From positions 1-13,407 of the forward strand of contig CAXHAT010000208.1 of the NCBI GenBank assembly GCA_964014485.1: a stretch of DNA of 13,407 bases, in the 5' to 3' direction. Of this stretch, positions 7,849 to 13,407 are shown in pieces. This stretch comes from an uncultured Deferribacteres bacterium (GTDB taxonomy: Bacteria > Zhuqueibacterota > Zhuqueibacteria > Zhuqueibacterales > Geothermadaptataceae). Position numbers and translations under genes: made by a program. The notes under the pieces are model-generated. The model worked only from the letters and a program-made list of their open reading frames with translations, ran no database searches and was not told the origin of the DNA. Within the stretch, counting starts at the first letter, position 1. The number at the start of each line of letters is the position of its first letter.

Positions 7849-7977
7849 GGTTGAGGGGCGTGGTTTTAAAGACCGTCATCTCGCGGAAGATGAAATCGAG
7901 GACGGTTCGGAATATAACCACGATGAGGGAGCCTGGAGTTTAGAGAAGAACGTTTGTCGTAACTCGGCTTAGCCCGG

Positions 7978-8823
7978 TCAAAGATACGCTCCCTTTAGCG
8001 CCCGATTGTTTCCGCTCACGGGTCTGAATATTTCGTCGTCCGAGACGGGCTCGGGATCTTCATTCCACGTATTGTCGATTGGCTTCAAAGCAACGCTGCG
8101 CGGCTTTTCAAATTCGGCGTCGTCTATCGGCGAAGCTTCTAATTCAGAATCGTCTTCGGCGTTCTTTTGCCGACGATACAGCACGAAAACCGCGCCAAAC
8201 AACACCGTGCTAATTCCCAGAACCAGCGGCCAAAACAGCCCTGAAGAGGTTGCGCCGCTTTCAACAACGCTCTCATTCAAGCCTTCGTCGGGAACCGCGC
8301 CCGGGGTCACAATTGATTCCGCAGGCAAGCCGGTTTCACCGGATTGCGGCGTAAAGGGTTCGCTTTCTTCTAACATCGTTTCAGTTTCGGCGACCGCTGG
8401 AATCTCAGTTTCCGCGCCGCTTGCAGATTGCGCTGGAATTTCGTTGGCGGTTCGCCCGGCAAATGCGGCGGCTTCTTGCTCTGTTTCAAGCGAGGCCATC
8501 GTCAATTGCTCGCTCATAATTTCGTTGACGATAGAAAAACGATTCGTCGCGGAAATCTCCTGAATAGCGGCAAGGCTAGGCAAAACAATGTGCTCGCCGG
8601 GATAAATTCGATTGGCGTCCGGCACACGATTGACAAGCGCCAGAGCGCGCCAATAATCCGCATCGCCGTAGTAAGTTTTAGCCAAATCGCTCAAGTACTC
8701 GCCGTTCTGAATAACGTGAACGCGAGGTTGATCCAAAAACAGGCGGTTGCCTAAAATCGCCCCGGCGCCGCCGATGGTAACGATTGCGAGGGCGGCAAGA
8801 ACGCCGCGATAAAAAGTTCGCAT
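7978..8823 (-). CDS. LysM peptidoglycan-binding membrane protein
   Basis: N-terminal hydrophobic segment, LysM (HVIQNGEYLSDLAKTYYGD...W..LA..N......IYPGEHIVLP), acidic linker, TM helix (FWPLVLGISTVLFGAVFVLY-RRQK) and acidic tail. RBS AAGGAGG upstream of ATG 8823. Confidence 0.88.
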   Translation of the reverse strand: MRTFYRGVLAALAIVTIGGAGAILGNRLFLDQPRVHVIQNGEYLSDLAKTYYGDADYWRALALVNRVPDANRIYPGEHIVLPSLAAIQEISATNRFSIVNEIMSEQLTMASLETEQEAAAFAGRTANEIPAQSASGAETEIPAVAETETMLEESEPFTPQSGETGLPAESIVTPGAVPDEGLNESVVESGATSSGLFWPLVLGISTVLFGAVFVLYRRQKNAEDDSELEASPIDDAEFEKPRSVALKPIDNTWNEDPEPVSDDEIFRPVSGNNRALKGAYL

Positions 8824-9155
8824 TTGACCCTCCTTATGGAAAAATACGTTTCACCGACAGGGTAAATTTACTTGCCCCTGTTCGGCTTTAGTCAAGTTGC
8901 AGCCTGAAAATACAAATGCGGCGCCACAATGAAATCGAGTTCAAAACAGGCGTTTCTTGGCGAAAAAATGCAAAGCGGCGCGTAATATTTACTCGTTTTT
9001 CTCACGGCTGGATACTTTTTACATAGTCGAAATGAACCTCCCGCCAAGTCGAAGTTACGGCTACATGATCATCGAACGGCCCATCTTGTTATGTAACTGA
9101 TGTTGCGCACGCCAATGCATCGCTTATTGCTCAGACTTGAACATGGTTTCATTAG

Positions 9156-9372
9156 CACCGGGCTCAAGCCCAATGTCACTAACTTTTCGTGTTTTTGAAC
9201 TCAAAAATTCTGGGCGACGACTACAGCAAAGACAAGCTAAAGCTTGAACTACAAACGACAGTGCTTTTCTTACGCTCAGAACAGGAGAACGCACGGTGGT
9301 TTGTAGTTCAAACTTCAGTTTGTTTGAGCGTGATCAAAGCAAAAGTTAGTGACATTGGGCTTGAGCCCGGTG
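9156..9372. repeat. Perfect 32-bp inverted repeat bounding an internal insert
   Basis: CACCGGGCTCAAGCCCAATGTCACTAACTTTT (9156-9187) is the exact reverse complement of 9341-9372. Confidence 0.95.
9232..9323. repeat. Inverted pair of GTAG-type REP-like sequences
   Basis: 9232-9256 and 9299-9323 are 22/25 inverted repeats. Both read GTAGTT followed by a 5-bp hairpin (CAAGC-TTTA-GCTTG and CAAAC-TTCA-GTTTG). Confidence 0.8.
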
Positions 9373-9377
9373 ACGTG

Positions 9378-9442
9378 GAAGGCGCTCATTTTCATCCCTT
9401 CCGCCGCACTGGCGCGGCGGAAGGGATGGGACGGGCGTCTTC
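9378..9442 (+). repeat. Long GC-rich stem-loop inside the element
   Basis: Perfect 15-bp stem CATCCCTTCCGCCGC (9393-9407) / GCGGCGGAAGGGATG (9414-9428), extended by GAAGGCGCTC / GGGCGTCTTC with G-U pairs on the plus strand. Confidence 0.85.
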
Positions 9443-9655
9443 AAAAATCTCCGCTCTGAAGAATGGAGCTAATGAGAATCAAAAAGTTGCCTGCGGGCTT
9501 TAATCGCGCGCGCCAAACGGCGGTGCGTAACATCAGTTATGCGATCAAACGCGTTTTTGTAATCGGCGTTTTGAGGCGAAAGCGCTTGATCGTGAACACA
9601 TACATGTAAATCTTTTGCAAAACAGAGCAGCTTTCAAAAAAGAACGATTCTAAAA

Positions 9656-10156
9656 ATGTCCATCCGAATTTATGTAACCGGCGGAACCTTCGACAAAGAG
9701 TACGATGAAATTAACGGGCAACTCTATTTTAAGGATACCCACATCCGTGAAATGCTCGATCTCGGGCGCTGCCGTCTCGACGTCCAGATTCGCACCATTA
9801 TGATGGTCGATAGTCTTGAGATGAGCGACGCAGATCGATCATTGATTATCGAGAATTGCCGTAAATCAAGCGAAAACAAGATAATCATTACTCACGGAAC
9901 GGACACGATGGTCGACACCGCTTGTTTGCTGGCCGAGCATGTCAAAGACAAGACCATCGTGCTGACCGGCGCGATGATTCCCTACGCTTTCGGCAGCTCA
10001 GACGGCTTGTTTAATCTCGGCAGCGCCTTGTCCTTCGTGCAGGTTCTGCCGCCGGGCGTTTATATCGCCATGAACGGCCGCTGTTTCGAGTGGGATAACG
10101 TCAAGAAAAACCGTGACCTCGGAAGATTTGAACAACTAAAAAGGGACGCTCAGTGA
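9656..10156 (+). CDS. Short, single-domain L-asparaginase-family protein
   Basis: 166 aa. Motifs TGGTFDK, DSLEM, ITHGTDTM and VLTGAM.P. The usual C-terminal domain is absent. Confidence 0.9.
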   Translation: MSIRIYVTGGTFDKEYDEINGQLYFKDTHIREMLDLGRCRLDVQIRTIMMVDSLEMSDADRSLIIENCRKSSENKIIITHGTDTMVDTACLLAEHVKDKTIVLTGAMIPYAFGSSDGLFNLGSALSFVQVLPPGVYIAMNGRCFEWDNVKKNRDLGRFEQLKRDAQ

Positions 10157-11100
10157 AACAATCGATTACATTTTTTCTCCGTTCTCAAAGACCCTTTCTG
10201 CTCGGAGCTATCGTTTGCATTCTTGCTTTTGGCACGGCTCGCGCCGAAACGTGGAAGCTGTACTATCTCGGCGGACAATCGAACATGGACGGCTACGGCT
10301 ACATCAAGGATTTACCCGCTGATTTGAACACGCCGATGAAAGGTGTGATGATTTTTCACGGCAACACCGCCAAAGACGGCGATCCGATTGACGGCAAGGG
10401 CGTGTGGTCGGTTTTGAAACCGGGGCACGGCGTAGGGTTCGCCTCGGACGGCGTGATAAACGCTTACTCGAACCGATTCGGCCTTGAGCTGACTTTTGCC
10501 AAAAGGTTGCGGGCGTTAGACCAGGAGTCGAACATCGCCATCATCAAGTATTCTCGCGGCGGCACTTCAATTGACAAAGAAGCGGCGGGCAATTTTGGCT
10601 GTTGGGAGCCCGATTTTTCCCAGAACAACGGCGTCAACCAGTACGATCATTTTCTCGCCACGGTGCGAAATGCGATGGCCGTGCGGGATATTGACGGCGA
10701 CGGCCAGGAAGACACGCTCATTCCTTCGGGGATTTTGTGGATGCAGGGAGAAAGCGACACCGCCTACACGCAGGCAATTGCGGAACGCTACGAGGCCAAT
10801 CTTAGGCGACTCATGAACTTAATCCGCGCCGCTTTTCGCATGGATGACATTCCCGCAGTGATTGGAAGAATTTCAGATTCGGGACGAAACGAGAGCGGGA
10901 AGGTGTGGAAATTCGGTGAAATCGTGCGGCAAGCGCAGGCTGATTTTGTGAAAGAGGACGGCTTCGCGGCGCTGGTTACCGAGACGGACAATTATCAATA
11001 TTCTGATCCATGGCATTATGACAGCGCCGGATACATCGATCTCGGTAAACGCTTCGCCGAGACGCTGCACAGTTTGCTTTTAAAAAGGCGTGGAAATTAG
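10153..11100 (+). CDS. Secreted SGNH acetylesterase (sialate O-acetylesterase / CE6-like)
   Basis: GGQSNM (catalytic Ser), RGGT, WMQGESD and DPWH (DxxH). Signal peptide ending ARA-E. The GTG start overlaps the asparaginase TGA (GTGA). Confidence 0.88.
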   Translation: MKQSITFFLRSQRPFLLGAIVCILAFGTARAETWKLYYLGGQSNMDGYGYIKDLPADLNTPMKGVMIFHGNTAKDGDPIDGKGVWSVLKPGHGVGFASDGVINAYSNRFGLELTFAKRLRALDQESNIAIIKYSRGGTSIDKEAAGNFGCWEPDFSQNNGVNQYDHFLATVRNAMAVRDIDGDGQEDTLIPSGILWMQGESDTAYTQAIAERYEANLRRLMNLIRAAFRMDDIPAVIGRISDSGRNESGKVWKFGEIVRQAQADFVKEDGFAALVTETDNYQYSDPWHYDSAGYIDLGKRFAETLHSLLLKRRGN

Positions 11101-11111
11101 TTTGGGGAAAT

Positions 11112-11137
11112 GGGAGCGCGAGGCTTCGCGCCCCTAC
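11112..11137 (-). repeat. GTAG-type REP-like palindrome between convergent genes
   Basis: Minus strand GTAG-GGGCGCGA-AGCC-TCGCGCTC-CC fills most of the 46-nt gap between two stop codons. It may serve as a 3-prime stem. Confidence 0.7.
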
Positions 11138-11146
11138 ATTTGGAGA

Positions 11147-11929
11147 TTACTGGCCTACAATGTCTTCGAGAATTTCGCGGGCGCGCTTGCTTCCGTCTTT
11201 CCCGAGGAGGCGCACGGCTAATTTGCGAACTTCGATGTTAGCATCGTTTTTTGCGGCGTAACCAAGCAGTTCCACCGCTTCATCGCTGCGACGAAATTTG
11301 CGCAATTGCCGCACGGCCTCGTAACGTACAGGCGCACTGTCGTCATTTCGGAGCAGCTTGCGGATCGTTCCCAACGCTTCGTCATCGTTTTCACGCACGG
11401 CTGCGCGCAATGCGGAAACGCGCAATTCTTCTTCGTCGGTCAAGTCGCGAAACGCCCGCGATCCGCCTGAACGTCCCGACCATCTGCTATAGCCGCGCCA
11501 CTCGCCCAAATGCGCAATTTCCGGAACTTCGACATGTATTTCGGGGATTTCAGGGAGCTCTATTTCCAAAGAAGGCATTGGAGGAATGTGCGGTATTTCA
11601 ACATGAATCTCCGGGATTTCGATATGTTCGAGGTGGCGCAGAGAAACTTCCAGCGCTTCCATTGACTCCTCGAAGCCGCTGAACTCGAAGTTAAATTCAG
11701 GGATTTCGATCTCCGGGATCTCTATTTCCGGAATTTCGATGTGGGGAATTTCAATATGCGGGATTTCGATTCTTGGAATCTCAATTGGCGGGATGTGAAC
11801 AAAATGCTCGCCGTTGGAATATACATGTATTTTACGTTTTTTCTTCTTCTCTCTTTTTTCCTGCGCAACGGCAAGAATCGCGACGCCAACCAGAATCGCG
11901 GAAATTCCGATGATTAATCTTCTGTTCAT
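11147..11929 (-). CDS. Exported or membrane-anchored protein with IEIPx pentapeptide repeats and C-terminal HEAT-like repeats, ~260 aa
   Basis: ATG 11929 with GGAGGA at 11936-11941. Signal-like N-terminus (MNRR + hydrophobic + AVA-Q). HEAT-like motifs D....LRVSAL.A, DDSAPVRYEAV..L and DANIEVRKLAV..LG. Confidence 0.82.
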   Translation of the reverse strand: MNRRLIIGISAILVGVAILAVAQEKREKKKKRKIHVYSNGEHFVHIPPIEIPRIEIPHIEIPHIEIPEIEIPEIEIPEFNFEFSGFEESMEALEVSLRHLEHIEIPEIHVEIPHIPPMPSLEIELPEIPEIHVEVPEIAHLGEWRGYSRWSGRSGGSRAFRDLTDEEELRVSALRAAVRENDDEALGTIRKLLRNDDSAPVRYEAVRQLRKFRRSDEAVELLGYAAKNDANIEVRKLAVRLLGKDGSKRAREILEDIVGQ

Positions 11930-12003
11930 GTCCAATCCTCCAGGCAAGCAGTGTTTGGTTTATCTGGTGATATTCTCTTCGACAGCGCCATTTCCCAAAA
12001 GGT

Positions 12004-13197
12004 TTACTCGTAAATGTTATGAATCTTCATTTTGATCATTTTGTTGATCGTCAGATTTTCGAGGCCTTTGTTTTTAAGGTCTTTCGCAAACGAAGGGGTG
12101 ACGCCGTGAATTCTCATCGAAACGAGATCACTCGGCGAAATGTTGCGATAACCTAGATCGGCGAAATCTTCTACAAAACCCGGGGAAACGCCGTGGATTT
12201 TGAACTGGACGAGTTTGTTAGAAGCCAGATCATCGTATCCCGCCTTTTTCATGCCTGCCACAAAATCAGGAGTGACGCCGTGAATTCGGAATTGGACAAG
12301 TTTGCTCGATGATAAATCTTTGAACCCAAGATCGTGCATATCTTTGACGAACTCCGGTGAAACGCCGTGAATTTTGAATTGTACAAGCTTACTCTCGGAA
12401 AGATCATCAAAACCAGCCGTCTTCATTTCCCGCACAAAGTCAGGGGAAACGCCATGAATTCTGAATTGCACAAGCTTGCTCGCGTCCAGACTTGCATACC
12501 CCAATTCTTTCATTTCTCTGGCGAATTCCGTCGAGACGCCGTGTATTTTAAACTGCACGACTTTGCTCAGGGCCAAATCATCAAAACCCATGTCGCTGAG
12601 TTCACGCACGTATTCCGGCGAAACCCCGTGGATGCGCAATTGCACCAGCTTGTTTGAAGGAATGTCTTTGTAACCGGCGGCGTTCATGTCGCGCACAAAA
12701 TCTGCGTCAACGCCGTGGATGCGCATGGCGATCAGTCGGTTCAACGCAAGATCGGAATAGCCGACTTCCGCCATTTCTTTGATGAACGCCCTGCTGACGT
12801 CGTGCATCGTTAGGGTAAATAATTTTTTTGTATCGACGTCTTCATAACCGCTGCGTTGCAATTCTTGTTTAAACGTCTGATTTGGCGTAAAAACGAAATC
12901 GCCGATTCCGCGCCCGTTTTTGAACAAGCCCGTGAATTCGATAACGCCGGCGTCGCGTCTCAGATAAAAAGTTCTTTCCTCCGAAGCTTCCGCAGCTATG
13001 GAGTGATCAATACCCTCGAATTCACGAAATCGTATCGTTTGTCCCCACCTGCCGTCGTTGTTTCGCCAGTCAAGTTCAATACTCATCCATAAGCGGGTGC
13101 GCTTGACTTTCGCAGTCCATTCCCCTTCAAGTGTTTCCTGGGCGACAAGCGGAAGCGCCATCATTAGGACAAACACAGAAACTAATACGCGTTTCAT
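12004..13197 (-). CDS. Secreted hypothetical protein with nine 29-aa tandem repeats
   Basis: 397 aa. Signal peptide MKRVLVSVFVLMMALPLVA-Q, GGAG RBS, a beta-rich N-domain, then repeats with consensus SKLVQF(R/K)IHGVSP.FV..M...G(Y/F).DL.. Confidence 0.9.
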   Translation of the reverse strand: MKRVLVSVFVLMMALPLVAQETLEGEWTAKVKRTRLWMSIELDWRNNDGRWGQTIRFREFEGIDHSIAAEASEERTFYLRRDAGVIEFTGLFKNGRGIGDFVFTPNQTFKQELQRSGYEDVDTKKLFTLTMHDVSRAFIKEMAEVGYSDLALNRLIAMRIHGVDADFVRDMNAAGYKDIPSNKLVQLRIHGVSPEYVRELSDMGFDDLALSKVVQFKIHGVSTEFAREMKELGYASLDASKLVQFRIHGVSPDFVREMKTAGFDDLSESKLVQFKIHGVSPEFVKDMHDLGFKDLSSSKLVQFRIHGVTPDFVAGMKKAGYDDLASNKLVQFKIHGVSPGFVEDFADLGYRNISPSDLVSMRIHGVTPSFAKDLKNKGLENLTINKMIKMKIHNIYE

Positions 13198-13231
13198 CTC
13201 TACTCTCCATTTTTAAAAGAAACTTTCCTTG

Positions 13232-13307
13232 GGAGTGTGAAAGCAAGGCAAGCCTTGCACTCCTTCTTTTTAGCTCGTTGCCGTTCCGAAACGGTCGGGA
13301 CGGCAAC
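13232..13307. repeat. Two stem-loops upstream of the 397-aa gene
   Basis: GGAGTG (13232-13237) pairs with CACTCC (13258-13263) around GCAAGGC-AA-GCCTTGC. A second 13-bp stem is GTTGCCGTTCCGA (13277-13289) / TCGGGACGGCAAC (13295-13307). Confidence 0.6.
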
Positions 13308-13321
13308 ATAATTTGTTCTCG

Positions 13322-13407
13322 TAACTGATGTTACGCGCGCCAATGCATCGCTTGTTGCTCAGACTTGAACATGGTTTCATTAGCACCGGGCTTGAGCCCG
13401 GTGACAT
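13322..13407. mobile_element. Second copy (left part) of the 9094-9539 element, truncated by window end
   Basis: 13321-13392 matches 9093-9164 at 69/72 nt. It then continues directly with TGAGCCCGGTGAC, which matches 9362-9374. Confidence 0.85.

Larger units (their letters stand above)
9094..9539. mobile_element. MITE-like non-autonomous element with nested palindromes
   Basis: TAACTGATGTTGCGCAC (9094-9110) and GTGCGTAACATCAGTTA (9523-9539) are 16/17 inverted repeats; the outer TA may be a target duplication. The left 72 nt recur at 13321-13392 with 3 differences. No credible CDS inside. Confidence 0.75.

Noticed and set aside
7763..7972. 69-aa plus-strand ORF between mutL and the LysM gene
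   Set aside because: No RBS and no recognisable motif. It overlaps a minus-strand terminator and structured region.
8911..8926. Possible sigma54 promoter TGGCGC-N5-TTGTA for the LysM gene
   Set aside because: Spacing is correct, but the -12 element is GT rather than GC and nothing else supports it.
9189..9503. 104-aa ORF within the repeat element as a possible transposase
   Set aside because: No DDE or HUH motif and no RBS. It is composed of palindromic repeat sequence.
9094..9539. CRISPR array or integron attC interpretation
   Set aside because: The repeats are nested inverted pairs, not regularly spaced direct repeats with spacers. No cas or integrase gene and no cassette organisation are present.
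9088..9541. GTTATG direct repeat (9088-9093 and 9536-9541) as a target duplication
   Set aside because: The right copy overlaps the terminal repeat itself, so it cannot be distinguished from chance without an empty site.
12007..12828. 87-nt DNA periodicity as a non-coding array
   Set aside because: Fully explained by the 29-aa protein repeat with synonymous variation.
61..13328. Numerous antisense or alternate-frame ORFs in the track (e.g. 866-1396, 8006-8563, 11251-11682)
   Set aside because: They are shadows of well-supported genes and have no independent motifs or RBSs.

Overview
Bacterial chromosomal segment of roughly 50% GC with eleven probable CDSs. On the minus strand: a secreted M24 Xaa-Pro-type peptidase, a family I acyl-CoA transferase coupled to a 1,5-anhydro-D-fructose reductase-like oxidoreductase, a YccU-like CoA-binding protein, a divergent DUF488/YeaO-like protein, mutL (endonuclease type) and a membrane-anchored LysM protein. 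On the plus strand: a short asparaginase coupled to a secreted SASA/CE6 acetylesterase. These converge on two exported repeat proteins, one with IEIPx pentapeptides plus HEAT-like helices and one with nine 29-aa His-containing repeats. The most unusual content is intergenic: a non-coding ~446-bp element (9094-9539) with 17-bp terminal inverted repeats and nested palindromes. A second, partial copy (13322-13407) lacks the 197-bp inner insert, and a third end (85-100) is attached to unrelated, dRS3-like interior sequence. No transposase, rRNA, tRNA or CRISPR array is visible. All family assignments come from motif recognition by eye, not from database searches.
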